A DNA stretch of 61,379 bases, the filler included, from an uncultured Myxococcia bacterium (GTDB lineage Bacteria > CAZTWC01), in NCBI GenBank assembly GCA_964617105.1. It is 5 parts of 5 records of this genome, joined end to end, with 100 filler letters (N's around TTAATTAATTAA, not from the genome) between each part and the next. Parts side by side here need not be neighbours in the genome. Positions count along the whole stretch, not along the records: positions 1 to 12,420 come from CAZTWC010000094.1; 4 more parts are not named here. The stretch is one strand, 5' to 3'. Each line of letters starts with the position of its first letter. The first letter of the stretch is position 1. The notes below the pieces were generated by a model. That model was given only the letters and a program-made list of their open reading frames with translations. It was not told the DNA's origin and did no database searches. The position numbers and the translations under genes were made by a program. Shown in pieces: positions 1 to 10,335 of the stretch.

Positions 1-204
1 GAATCCAAAGAACTGATAAAGATTAAAAACCTCAAATTTAACCTTTTAACTGATTGTAAAAACTGCGAAACATTGCAATTTCATACTCCTTGTCCTGGCA
101 TATCTCTATATGAGCGAAAAGATATCAATAAGTGTAATAGCCTGTGCCAAGAGAGAGGGCGAATACTAAAAAAATACTATGAAAATAATTTTGCCTTCAA
201 ATAA
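1..204 (+). CDS. Radical SAM/SPASM-domain protein, C-terminal fragment (5' truncated)
   Basis: Not in ORF track. Frame 1 reads ESKELIKIKNLKFNLLTDCKNCETLQFHTPCPGISLYERKDINKCNSLCQERGRILKKYYENNFAFK*, a SPASM-like CxxC...CPG...C pattern; lies directly upstream of an HprK-like kinase. Confidence 0.7.
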   Translation, partial: ESKELIKIKNLKFNLLTDCKNCETLQFHTPCPGISLYERKDINKCNSLCQERGRILKKYYENNFAFK

Positions 205-234
205 TAATAAAATACCCGGTGTCANNNNNNNNNN

Positions 235-1083
235 TGGTTAGAAACAGTTGAGACAAAATTTAGAATAGAGATTAACGATTCAATAATTTTGCAAAAATGT
301 GTCAACTGGTTTGATAATTTTATCATTGATAATGACATATCCACTCCTCCCCCTAATAAATCAATTTTCAATATAAAAATAGAAGATAATGCCTGGCAAT
401 ATGGTACGGATAAAAAATCTCTTTTAAAAGGTAAAAAAATCCTGATTGAACATGATAATGCCAATAACCAATACAAATTCCTTTTTCCTGGATTTGGCGG
501 GAGGTATTTTCCGAACCAAAATTTGTGTGTGGCCGATTATCTGAAAATAGTTGGAGAACCATACTTTGCATTAACCCTTCTTTTGAGATTTTTGCTTTCT
601 TTAATACTTATAAAACAAAACGGCTTTGCTTTTCATTCAAGTTGTATCAATAAAAATAATGGCGCCTATCTATTTATCGGCAGGTCAGAGGCGGGCAAAT
701 CAACCATTTTGCATTTATCAGAGCATAGAGAAGCACAAGTTATTGCCGAAGAATCAAATTATATCAAACTTAATAAAAATAAATATTTGGCATTTTACCA
801 TCCTTTGGACACCTATCATAAATCAGAGAACAATTATCCTCCGGTAGAGTTAAAGGGTATTTTTCTTATCAATCAATCACCAGATAACCGGGTCCAAATC
901 TTAGACTTTAAAACCAGTATTACATCTCTTTTGGACTACATGAATTTTTCTTTACCTGATATTGAGAGTAAAACCCTGGCGATGGATAATATTGTTGATT
1001 TGGTCAATAAAGTGCCTTGTTATAAATTGTTTTTTAAAAAGGACCCCTCTTTTTGGGATGACATTGACAAATTAGGTTTGTAA
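235..1083 (+). CDS. HprK-related P-loop kinase (ScmC-like)
   Basis: FHSSC...YLFIGRSEAGKST Walker A and C-terminal VPCYKLFFKKDPSFW typical of ScmC/HprK-related proteins. The frame is open from the 10-N gap at 235; the true start is probably ATG 179 (MKIILPSNNNKIPGV), overlapping the SPASM gene. Confidence 0.75.
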   Translation, partial: WLETVETKFRIEINDSIILQKCVNWFDNFIIDNDISTPPPNKSIFNIKIEDNAWQYGTDKKSLLKGKKILIEHDNANNQYKFLFPGFGGRYFPNQNLCVADYLKIVGEPYFALTLLLRFLLSLILIKQNGFAFHSSCINKNNGAYLFIGRSEAGKSTILHLSEHREAQVIAEESNYIKLNKNKYLAFYHPLDTYHKSENNYPPVELKGIFLINQSPDNRVQILDFKTSITSLLDYMNFSLPDIESKTLAMDNIVDLVNKVPCYKLFFKKDPSFWDDIDKLGL

Positions 1084-1121
1084 TCTAACTGATGGTAATA
1101 GTTGGCAATTCACCTAGATGA

Positions 1122-1922
1122 CTATAATTTTATGCCTATTAAATGTGGGAACTCATCATCTTTACATATATAATCAATCTTAAATCCACTTATTTTTAAT
1201 TCCTGTTTTATCTCATCAATTGAGGTAAAAATATGATCGGTCAAAGTGTCACCTGGTTCAATATCTCTAAGATTATCACCAGATAATCGACTAAATATTT
1301 TTCCAGTATAAAAAGTAATTTTTTGTGTACGAGTTATCTGCGATCTTCTATTTAATATAAATGAAACCAAGATGGGAGAGGTCGGATTTAGTTTGTCATG
1401 AATTTTTTTTAAAAAATCTATCCTATTCTTTCTGCCTTGAATTAAAGAATAAGCGCCAAATCCAATTATAGCGGCACAATATTTTTGGTTATTTTCCGGA
1501 CAAGAACTTGGGGAAATCAGAGTAATTCTCGTATTACTTTTACTCTCTTTGAGTAATAAATTTCCGCAATCGACCAATTTCTGGTTGCATTCGTAAGCAT
1601 CTACTTTCATACTCAATTTATCAAGGGCAAATAATTCTCTTCCACCACCGGCTCCAATCAATAATACATTCTTAACTGTAGTGAGATAATTAGCCACGAA
1701 ATGCTTTTCCCAATCAAACAGCCCTTTTAAATTCCAATTCTTACTCGCCCACACATTTTGCCGGGCATAAATATTGTCAACATACATTTTTATTTCGTTT
1801 TGATCTAAAACGCCTAACCATATTCCAGTTAGTAATGATTTTGTAACTCTATAGATTTGTTCGAGTTTTTTTTGGCTATAATGCGCTAATATTATTTTTA
1901 AAGGATATTTTCTCATACTCAT
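1122..1922 (-). CDS. Class I SAM-dependent methyltransferase
   Basis: VLLIGAGGGRE motif I, followed by VDAYECN acidic motif II; 4-nt overlap with the upstream peptidase gene. Confidence 0.8.
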   Translation of the reverse strand: MSMRKYPLKIILAHYSQKKLEQIYRVTKSLLTGIWLGVLDQNEIKMYVDNIYARQNVWASKNWNLKGLFDWEKHFVANYLTTVKNVLLIGAGGGRELFALDKLSMKVDAYECNQKLVDCGNLLLKESKSNTRITLISPSSCPENNQKYCAAIIGFGAYSLIQGRKNRIDFLKKIHDKLNPTSPILVSFILNRRSQITRTQKITFYTGKIFSRLSGDNLRDIEPGDTLTDHIFTSIDEIKQELKISGFKIDYICKDDEFPHLIGIKL

Positions 1923-2794
1923 ATCTCTTTCAACCCATTTTCTTTGGCATATTTATCAACACCTGACAACAGTTTCTCTTCAATGCCCAGGTATTGGTAA
2001 AATGGATCAATCCAAACGGTATCGAGGCAAAGGCTATTTTTATTTGGAATTTTGCTCAAATATGCAGAACCGATAACTTTTTCATCTTTGTGTAACAGAA
2101 AAATCAGCACCTTATTGGTAAACAGATTTTCTTGCAGCCAATCTTGGTACTGCTGATCAATAATCCGTTTCCTCCGGATCTCATATTTAATAAGCAGGTG
2201 ATAGTTGGTGCTGTTAATTAAACTTACCCGAAAATTATCTGGATTATAATCAGGAAACCGATTTGCCAGATAATTATTGGTTAATATTTTTGCCCGTAAA
2301 AACAGAATCGATTTAAAGGCTGTTCTAAAAGTATCTTTGCTATAGGGATAAACATGCTTAACAAATTGATACATTCCTCGGTTGAGAAGTTGGCTTGATT
2401 TTTTATTCAGGTTTATCTTTACCGGACCTTTATGCCAAACTACCACTTTGCCAAGTAAATCTTCGCCTTTAAACCATCCATCATCACTCAGGCAATTATC
2501 ACCTTTTATTAAATACTCTGGCTGATTATTGCTGTTTTTTGAATCAATAATTCGGTGACAAGTAAGATAATAATCGGAAAAGTAGGCTACTATATCACCA
2601 TTCTGAGGTGTTTTTCCTTTATATGGTTCAATGGTCACATGATCACCAGCCCAGAAAAAAGGCAGCATACTATGGCCGTAAAAGGTGAATTTCACGGGAT
2701 AGCCCTTTTGCAACTGCTCCACCAGCATCTCGTTGATCTGTTGCTGGTGGAATAAGTGGAGGTTGCTTTTAAATTCAGGTTCTGGCATTTTCAA
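1919..2794 (-). CDS. S24/S26 (signal peptidase I-like) peptidase with C-terminal GNAT-like domain
   Basis: GHSMLPF (Ser), GDIVAY, CHRII, LIKGDN motifs; C-terminal VIGSAYL...VWIDPFYQYLGIEEKLL resembles GNAT motif A. Confidence 0.75.
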   Translation of the reverse strand: MKMPEPEFKSNLHLFHQQQINEMLVEQLQKGYPVKFTFYGHSMLPFFWAGDHVTIEPYKGKTPQNGDIVAYFSDYYLTCHRIIDSKNSNNQPEYLIKGDNCLSDDGWFKGEDLLGKVVVWHKGPVKINLNKKSSQLLNRGMYQFVKHVYPYSKDTFRTAFKSILFLRAKILTNNYLANRFPDYNPDNFRVSLINSTNYHLLIKYEIRRKRIIDQQYQDWLQENLFTNKVLIFLLHKDEKVIGSAYLSKIPNKNSLCLDTVWIDPFYQYLGIEEKLLSGVDKYAKENGLKEI

Positions 2795-2834
2795 AACAGA
2801 GTCTCAATATGGTTATTTGTGACCGCTATATAGC

Positions 2835-5800
2835 CTACTTTTTTATAACCGGCAAAGTTAACCTCTCTAAAGGATAGGTTTTTAGTTTCATTATAGGAGG
2901 TTTGATAACCGGCAACTTGGGCTTTATCTTTAGAATAAGGAACTGATTTGGCTTCAGTTGCCTATCTTTTCCATCTCTCCAACTCCAGACTCTACTGCCA
3001 CTGGTGCTGAAATTTTGATTTTTTCTAAAGGGGGTAAAGATAAAACCAACTTTTGAAACTTTTGGTTGTCCATCAAATTGTAGATCAGTTGAAACCTTGG
3101 AACCTGATGAGCCATCTCTATCTCTTTTGGGATTGAAACTCTGAAAAATATCCTTAAGCTCTTGGAGAGGATCTGAACTTACAGCCTTATCAGAAGCCAC
3201 CAGCGGCTGGCAATTGGTTTTATCTTTTATTTTTGCCAACAGAGTTACGGTATCATTTTCTTGATCCACTTCAATGAGTTCCGGATCATTTATAAGATTA
3301 CTGTAATCTGGTTCGCCACATGAGTTAATATATATATAACCGGCCTCCTCGCAGTTGAGTATCAATGGGTTTTTCCCCTCCAGCAACCTCAACGTGTAGG
3401 TGCCAACATATCTTTTGCTATTCATAAACCACTCTCTGGGATGTTGGTTGCCATCTATTTTAACATCTGCATAACCAACAAACCTATCCACGTTGAAATT
3501 ATCAAAATGGCAATAGGCGTATTCGGCAGAACCATTTTCATACGAATATGGTCCCATTTGACCTGATAAAATCGGATCTTCAGAGTCTATGATATCAAAA
3601 AGCATTTCATTAGTCTCAAAAACATTGTTGCCATTATTATCAAACCAGGCAGTCAGCCGGTTGCCATTGGCAAAAATCTTGGTTTTCTGAAATTGGGTCC
3701 CCTGAGTATAGGTGATAGGGGAGGTGGCCAGCAATTGGGGTACGCCGTTTTTAACCTTTATCAATTTGGAGCCCAAAAAGGTTACCTTGCCCTTGTTAGG
3801 GTCATCGGGAGGACCATATTGGCGAGTTTGATAAATGAGATAGAAATTATCTTTATCTAAGCGGCGGACAACAAAACCGGCAGCATCATTATCCAGGTTC
3901 CAATAACTGGCAGTGAAAATATAATCATGCCAAGTAGCATCTCCATTTACCAAATAGTTGTCCTTGGGTGTATCCAGTCCATAATTTATGCCGCCTGATC
4001 CATAATCATCATCATTTAGATCGGTTTGGGGACGAACTCCACTGCTGTTGAGCGTTGTCCATTTATCCTGGCTGAACCCGCTTAGCCAGTTATTGTAAAC
4101 TCCACTGACATCCTGATGATTGGAAGTGTTGAAATCTTCTACCAAGGCCTGTGATTTCATATAGGCGCGGCAGTATTTGAGAAAACTACTAGGTACTGAG
4201 GCACTCCAATTGTGTTCGGTTTTGTTTTGAGCCTGAACACAAAAGTAATACTTTTTAAAGAAATCATCATTGTTCACCTGGTAATCCAATACCTGGGATG
4301 AGGTAGCCACCACCTCGATCCATTTATCAGCGACTACACTATCACAGTTGTTATCCGCTCCTTCAATATATTCCAACACTTGATAACGAAATTTGTGGAT
4401 AGGAGTGCCATCCTGGTCAGAAGCAGAAGCCAGACACTGAATTATACCACCATCCTGCACCCCTGGGAAAGCGATAGCCTCCACCTGATCGGGGGGATCC
4501 AAGTCAACAGTAATAGGGGCTGAAGATTTTATGGTTTCCAGACCAGCCTGGTTTTTCGCCTTTATATTTATGTAATAGGTTTTATTATCTTCAAACTCAT
4601 TCACATCCACCGGGGTGACCTGGTATTGATTACCCACCTCGATCCAGCCGCCAGTGACATCAAAACCTCCAGAAGTAGTCCCAACCGAGTAGGAGTAACC
4701 TTCAATACCAGACAAATCTTCCCCAAAAGGATCCCAACGTGCATCAATTTTATTATGGGGCAAAGCGGTATAGATGTCGTGATGCCAATCATTGGGCAAA
4801 TCATCATCTCCAGTGACTAGCACACTACTGTTATCAGGCGGAGTTAAATCCACCACTACGCCCAGTCCCATAGTATATGGCCCGGTAAGTCCGGGAATAT
4901 CGTCGCCCCTGGCGTTATTACGGGCTTTAACTCTCATATAGTATCGATTATTGTGTTGTAAACTCAGGCCGGTGGCAGTTTTTTCCAATACATTACCAGC
5001 AGATTTCCAGGAAAGAATACTATTACCCCATTGATCTATCACCGAATAAAAATAATCCTCTATCTGGGATTCATCTTCCTTAAAATCGGACCAGGATACG
5101 TAAATAGAATCATCACTGCCGCTAAAGGGACCAGGATATTCAACCATTCCGGCTTCCGGAGGGGTTAAATCCACTAGTACCGGTTGGGCAGGATGGGAAA
5201 AATCCCCAGTGATGCCAGCCTGGTTTATGGCTTTTACATTAAAGTAATATTTACCCAAATGCTGTAATGTAATCCCCTTAGCCGTAATAGAGGATTCATC
5301 ACCAACAGAACGCCAGTTGCCGGTAATGGAAATATCGCCGGGCAAAATGCCGATTGAGTATAGATAACGTCCAATACCGGAATCTGGGTCGTTAAAATCA
5401 TTCCAGGATGCAGCCATACTGTAAATGGTACTTATATAAGGACTGTTGTTGACAACCTGGCCCTTTTGAGGCGGGGTCAGGTCAATTTTAACTCCATCGC
5501 TAATCCCTTCATCGCTCCAGAGACCGGCTTTGTTTCTTACCTTTAGTTTTAGCCAATATTCTTTTTTGTCCTCCAGGTTAAGCCCTTGAATATTAACCAC
5601 CATTGATTCTGTATTTTCAGTCCAGGTTTTTATGTCGGCGCCGTTTTTAAGCGCCAAAGTATATTGCAATTGGCTGGTACCAGATTCCGGATCAAGGCCG
5701 CTATATAAAAAACGGTAGGTTTGGATGGATTTGCTGTAATCGTCATCCTGGCCATCATAATAGGCGTAATTGTAATCCTGATCAAACAGATCATCTAAAA

Positions 5801-8800
5801 CCTGTGGAGTAGGGGGTGGAGTAAAATCGGTGGTTATCCCCTCAGAAACTCCGGCATCGCTAAAAGAAGTGGCCTGGTTTACTGCATATACGTGGAAATA
5901 ATAGGTGGTATAATGTACCAGATTGAGGTCATTACGTACAACGCTGGTAATCAAACCCGTTGAGGTCAAAGGAACCAGGTCTGCAGCCCCTGAAGTGTTT
6001 GGTTCCGAACTGGTGCCAATAGAATACCTATACTCGGCTATACCGGAATCGGAATCTTGAGATATGCTCCAGGAAGCAGATAATCTGTTACTGGAACCGA
6101 CAAAATTGCTGTCAACAAATACCTCGGGGGTGGTGGGCGGTGTCAAATCAATGGTATAGCCATCGCCAACTCCCGCATCCCCGGCCTGGCCGGCTCCATT
6201 TATTGCCCAAACATGAAAGTAGTAAGTAACACCGTGTTGCAAATTCAACCCCGGGACAGAAACCGACTGAGCCATACCCACAGAAGTTGAAGCAACCACA
6301 TTGCCGGACTGGGGTGAACCAGGTGTAGCCGAGGTACCAATGGAGTATTTGTATTCCACAATTCCTGATTCCGGGTCACTCGAGTTGGACCACTTAGCAT
6401 CAGCCAGATAACTGACATTGATAAATTCGGGTCCATCATCAACCTCTGGCTTGGAGGGAGCGGTTAAATCCACCAGAATACCATTAGAAGAGGAGATACT
6501 GCCAATATTTCCCGCCTTATCAACTCCTCTGACCGAAAAATAGTAATTTCTTCCAGCTTCCAAAGGCGGGTCGAAACTAATGTCAACCGAAGTGGCGTTT
6601 GCATTTGAGGTCCATCCCTTGATATCATGGCTACCTTCTGTGGTTCCTACTGCGTACTGGTAATAATCTAATCCGCTTTGAAGATCTATTATTTGGATCC
6701 ACCAGGCCTTTAGATTATCTGCCTTTGAAGTGTATTGCCCTTCATCTGTAACAACAGTCGGTCCAGGCTCCTGGGTGTCAACTATCATAGGTCCAATTTT
6801 CATCGCCTCTCCGGTAACATCTGCATTACTGACTGCTTTTACCCAAAAATAAACCTGGTCATTATTATTATAATCATTTGACGATAAAGTGATATTGTTG
6901 GTTTGGTTATTGGACTTATAAAAGCCGGGCAAAGGTGGTTCGATAGAGTTTATTTGAAAGGCATACAGATAATTTTTTAGTCCTGATGGTCCGATTTTTT
7001 CCTGCCAATCTATAGTAATATCTTGATTGGCGGTAAAAAAATTGCTCGATATATTAATCTGAAGAATGGTCGGTATAAATGAATCAACATTTACCTGGCA
7101 CTCTTCTGACCAGTTTGAGGAGGAGCCAATAATATCTTGTCCCTTGACCTGGTACTTGTTAATACCGTTATCGCTAATCCCATTTTTAGCAAAAATCACC
7201 TGTTTGAGACTGTAGTCCGATTCAACCCAATTGCCGTTGGCCGGAGAGCCGGAAAAATCACCTGTAAAAATAGCCTGCACACTCTGACCGTCTGGATCCT
7301 GGACATATGAGTATAGGGTCTGCACAGCGGAACTATACCACGTTTCGGTTGAGCAAGGCCACATAACTGTTGGCTTATCTGGCGGAGTGTTAGAAATCAT
7401 CACTTCGGCACTGCCGCTTACCCCGATTTTCCCCTGATAAAGCGGGGTAACAGAAACTTTTATTTTATCCAGATATTTAGTATTGGCTGCCGACAGGGTA
7501 TCACTGGTTATTGGCAAGATGGTATATTGGCCGCCATCGGGACTTTTCTCCCAGGTAATACTGTAAGAATCTGCCTTTTGAGCGCCAGAGTAAAAAACTT
7601 TTAGATCATCGCCTGTAAAAGGTGATGAGGGCGTTATCCACACTAAAGGCGCTATGTAGTTAATTAGGATTCCATTGCTGGTACCCACCTGACTCCACTT
7701 GCCGGCTCGGTTTTTGGCTTTTACAGAAATATAGTATTTGGTTTCATCAGTCATCTGCAGGCTGGTGAGGGAAAAAGATGTATCTGTGGTAGATGTCCAA
7801 TCTTTCAGATTCGTGCGTTGAATATTGTCTGCAATACCGGTTCCTACTGCATACTGGTATTCCTTTACACCGCTCTCTGAATCAGAAGAGGACCAGGAAG
7901 CATTAAGATAGGAATTGTCGTGCTGAATATCACCGTCATCTGTAACTGCCGGGGTTGAGGGACTGGTGGTATCCACCATGATTTTTTGGCTGAGCATCGA
8001 GTTTTCAAGGCCACTATTATTGACTGCCCTTACACAAAAACGGTAATTACCCCCATTGTCAAGGTTAAGAATAAAAGTGTGACTCCGATCACCACTGCTC
8101 TTATTGGTCCAGCCTACCTGGTCGGAACAGGATGTCCATTTACCCAGGGCGACCTGGTATTTATTGATTCCAGAGTGAGGCTCTAAGGCTGCTTCCCACT
8201 CAATTTTCAATCGATCATTTTGTTGAGTATAATAAACCCCACCTTCAGAACCGTGATATTCAGCCCAATCCACGACAAAATCAGCCGGGGCCGAAGCATC
8301 AATACCCAGTTGTCTATCTGCTGACCAGGAACTCCAGCCATCACGGGCATCTTGGGCCGCCACCTTCCAGGTGTATTGAAAGCTGCTATCCGGCAACTCT
8401 GGCCAGGTGAAGCAAGAATTGCCAGTGCCGGCAACCTCACCCCCGTTAACAGTGTTCCCATTGGCATTAAAAACTGCCCATACCGAATCCTGGTCTGGAT
8501 CACTCACCTGAGCACAAAGGGTAGGAGTGTTGTCTGAACTCCAGCCATTCTCGGGAGTTATGGCGGAGGGAGAATTAGGGGGGATATTTGGAAGAGTATA
8601 ACTAACTCTTATTTTGTGTTCACGCATATAGAAACCTCGCAAGGAGGCTATACTTGAATACCATTCACCCTCATCGGGATGCCAACCCAGGCCAAACCAG
8701 TTATCGTTTAAAAGCCCCTGCAGCCTGGTGGCGGCATACCCGCCCAGATCCCTGTAATTAACAGCGGTATAATTGCCAGTGCCGTTTGCCGCTGCCTCGT

Positions 8801-10322
8801 CGGGCGTCCAACTGGCGTATAAATGACCATCCTTGGCATCGTAGTATTTATCATTTTTGCTTAGATTATCAGGATAATAGTTAATCTCCCTGGAATAAAG
8901 AGCGACACTCCCAGATAAGAGTCCCCAAAACATACTTACCGGTTGGGAACGGAATTTTACTTCCACATTGTCGATAAAGGCATTGTCTTGAATTGAAGAA
9001 GTATCAAACTTGGTTATGTTGGCCCACACTTCACCGCCATAACCATAATTCCAGGTATCGATATAACAGTCCAGGTATTGAGATTGGGGATTATACCAAC
9101 TCTCCCAAAACACCACGAATGCATCATAAGTGCAGAACCATCCACACCCGAACAAATCTATATTACCACCTACCTGCCAACCACTGTAGGAAGGTATCTC
9201 CAAAGTGGGATCAACTACCACTGGGAACTGTCGCTTAGCATCCAACAACCAATCGGCATTTACCACCGTATTTATAATATAATTATATTCATCCAGCCGT
9301 TGAACAGTATATTTCCCCATTGTCCAGTTGTAACGATGAACCTGTTCAAAAATCTTCGGCGGCATAATTGCATAAACCGTTTGCCCCTGCTGATCGATAA
9401 ATTCAATAAAATCGGATTCTATTATGGTCTGCTGCTCTTTAATCTCCTTTCCATTCGTCCTCACCAAAAGTTGAGTTTTAAATCTGGATTCAAACACCAT
9501 TTTACCCCCTTTGGTTATTCCCCGGGGGAGGCTCTTTACCAAATAGTTGTCTTTAAGCAAGTTGTAGTCAGCATTGATCTCCTGGTCCACCTGGTCATAA
9601 ATCTCTCTAAATACCAGGCGATTTATCTCAGGTAGCGGCGTTGATAGTATCTCTCCTCTTACCCTGCCTGCCTTTTGTTGGCGGATAACCTGATCCTTAT
9701 CATCCAGAATCTGAAGACGGCTAGATCCCCACTTAACTTTAGGTTTTTCCCTCTTTTGAGTTACAACCAAATGATCTGAACCGGAAAACTCTTTAAAATA
9801 ACTCTTTAAGCCATTTTCTAAATTGACATATTGGTATTCCTTTTGATTTTTTTGTGATGACAATATTGGTTTTATGAATGGCTTTATCTCTTTCCAATTA
9901 CCTTCATCATCCTGAAAATAGGTGGGGCCAGCACTTAGAAATGCAACCCGCTTACCGCCCGGTAATTTTTCGATTTTGGTGCGGTCGTCAAGGATGCCAA
10001 AACGTTCTAATGATTTAATTTTAGGTAAAGAAATATTTGCTAATCCAGATGGTGTTTGTGAAGATAATGCTCTCTGATCCAATAAACTTTTTTGATTATT
10101 TAGTCGAGAATAGTACCCCTCCGGAGTAGGCGGTTTGTATCTCTTCTCCCTGGCAAATTTCTCTTTGATTTCTGGTGTAATATTCTGTTGGTTGAAATCG
10201 GAACTGGAGGATGAATCATCCTCTGGCCTGGTTGGTGCGCAACTAAAGCCCATGGTCATTACCACCAACAGAAGAACAAAATAATAAAACCAACCTTTTG
10301 TGGACCATATTTTCATAGTCAT
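2835..10322 (-). CDS. 2495-aa secreted lipoprotein/adhesin-like protein with about 10 FN3-like repeats
   Basis: Lipoprotein signal ending MGFSC; PVVVDPT and DNRLRE-like KFDTSSI region; repeated W..x.D.ESGI..Y.Y.IGT modules; C-terminal lectin/TSP_C-like DNDAAGFVVR..FYLI segment. Confidence 0.75.
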   Translation of the reverse strand: MTMKIWSTKGWFYYFVLLLVVMTMGFSCAPTRPEDDSSSSSDFNQQNITPEIKEKFAREKRYKPPTPEGYYSRLNNQKSLLDQRALSSQTPSGLANISLPKIKSLERFGILDDRTKIEKLPGGKRVAFLSAGPTYFQDDEGNWKEIKPFIKPILSSQKNQKEYQYVNLENGLKSYFKEFSGSDHLVVTQKREKPKVKWGSSRLQILDDKDQVIRQQKAGRVRGEILSTPLPEINRLVFREIYDQVDQEINADYNLLKDNYLVKSLPRGITKGGKMVFESRFKTQLLVRTNGKEIKEQQTIIESDFIEFIDQQGQTVYAIMPPKIFEQVHRYNWTMGKYTVQRLDEYNYIINTVVNADWLLDAKRQFPVVVDPTLEIPSYSGWQVGGNIDLFGCGWFCTYDAFVVFWESWYNPQSQYLDCYIDTWNYGYGGEVWANITKFDTSSIQDNAFIDNVEVKFRSQPVSMFWGLLSGSVALYSREINYYPDNLSKNDKYYDAKDGHLYASWTPDEAAANGTGNYTAVNYRDLGGYAATRLQGLLNDNWFGLGWHPDEGEWYSSIASLRGFYMREHKIRVSYTLPNIPPNSPSAITPENGWSSDNTPTLCAQVSDPDQDSVWAVFNANGNTVNGGEVAGTGNSCFTWPELPDSSFQYTWKVAAQDARDGWSSWSADRQLGIDASAPADFVVDWAEYHGSEGGVYYTQQNDRLKIEWEAALEPHSGINKYQVALGKWTSCSDQVGWTNKSSGDRSHTFILNLDNGGNYRFCVRAVNNSGLENSMLSQKIMVDTTSPSTPAVTDDGDIQHDNSYLNASWSSSDSESGVKEYQYAVGTGIADNIQRTNLKDWTSTTDTSFSLTSLQMTDETKYYISVKAKNRAGKWSQVGTSNGILINYIAPLVWITPSSPFTGDDLKVFYSGAQKADSYSITWEKSPDGGQYTILPITSDTLSAANTKYLDKIKVSVTPLYQGKIGVSGSAEVMISNTPPDKPTVMWPCSTETWYSSAVQTLYSYVQDPDGQSVQAIFTGDFSGSPANGNWVESDYSLKQVIFAKNGISDNGINKYQVKGQDIIGSSSNWSEECQVNVDSFIPTILQINISSNFFTANQDITIDWQEKIGPSGLKNYLYAFQINSIEPPLPGFYKSNNQTNNITLSSNDYNNNDQVYFWVKAVSNADVTGEAMKIGPMIVDTQEPGPTVVTDEGQYTSKADNLKAWWIQIIDLQSGLDYYQYAVGTTEGSHDIKGWTSNANATSVDISFDPPLEAGRNYYFSVRGVDKAGNIGSISSSNGILVDLTAPSKPEVDDGPEFINVSYLADAKWSNSSDPESGIVEYKYSIGTSATPGSPQSGNVVASTSVGMAQSVSVPGLNLQHGVTYYFHVWAINGAGQAGDAGVGDGYTIDLTPPTTPEVFVDSNFVGSSNRLSASWSISQDSDSGIAEYRYSIGTSSEPNTSGAADLVPLTSTGLITSVVRNDLNLVHYTTYYFHVYAVNQATSFSDAGVSEGITTDFTPPPTPQVLDDLFDQDYNYAYYDGQDDDYSKSIQTYRFLYSGLDPESGTSQLQYTLALKNGADIKTWTENTESMVVNIQGLNLEDKKEYWLKLKVRNKAGLWSDEGISDGVKIDLTPPQKGQVVNNSPYISTIYSMAASWNDFNDPDSGIGRYLYSIGILPGDISITGNWRSVGDESSITAKGITLQHLGKYYFNVKAINQAGITGDFSHPAQPVLVDLTPPEAGMVEYPGPFSGSDDSIYVSWSDFKEDESQIEDYFYSVIDQWGNSILSWKSAGNVLEKTATGLSLQHNNRYYMRVKARNNARGDDIPGLTGPYTMGLGVVVDLTPPDNSSVLVTGDDDLPNDWHHDIYTALPHNKIDARWDPFGEDLSGIEGYSYSVGTTSGGFDVTGGWIEVGNQYQVTPVDVNEFEDNKTYYINIKAKNQAGLETIKSSAPITVDLDPPDQVEAIAFPGVQDGGIIQCLASASDQDGTPIHKFRYQVLEYIEGADNNCDSVVADKWIEVVATSSQVLDYQVNNDDFFKKYYFCVQAQNKTEHNWSASVPSSFLKYCRAYMKSQALVEDFNTSNHQDVSGVYNNWLSGFSQDKWTTLNSSGVRPQTDLNDDDYGSGGINYGLDTPKDNYLVNGDATWHDYIFTASYWNLDNDAAGFVVRRLDKDNFYLIYQTRQYGPPDDPNKGKVTFLGSKLIKVKNGVPQLLATSPITYTQGTQFQKTKIFANGNRLTAWFDNNGNNVFETNEMLFDIIDSEDPILSGQMGPYSYENGSAEYAYCHFDNFNVDRFVGYADVKIDGNQHPREWFMNSKRYVGTYTLRLLEGKNPLILNCEEAGYIYINSCGEPDYSNLINDPELIEVDQENDTVTLLAKIKDKTNCQPLVASDKAVSSDPLQELKDIFQSFNPKRDRDGSSGSKVSTDLQFDGQPKVSKVGFIFTPFRKNQNFSTSGSRVWSWRDGKDRQLKPNQFLILKIKPKLPVIKPPIMKLKTYPLERLTLPVIKK

Positions 10323-10335
10323 AACCTTTTCCCTC

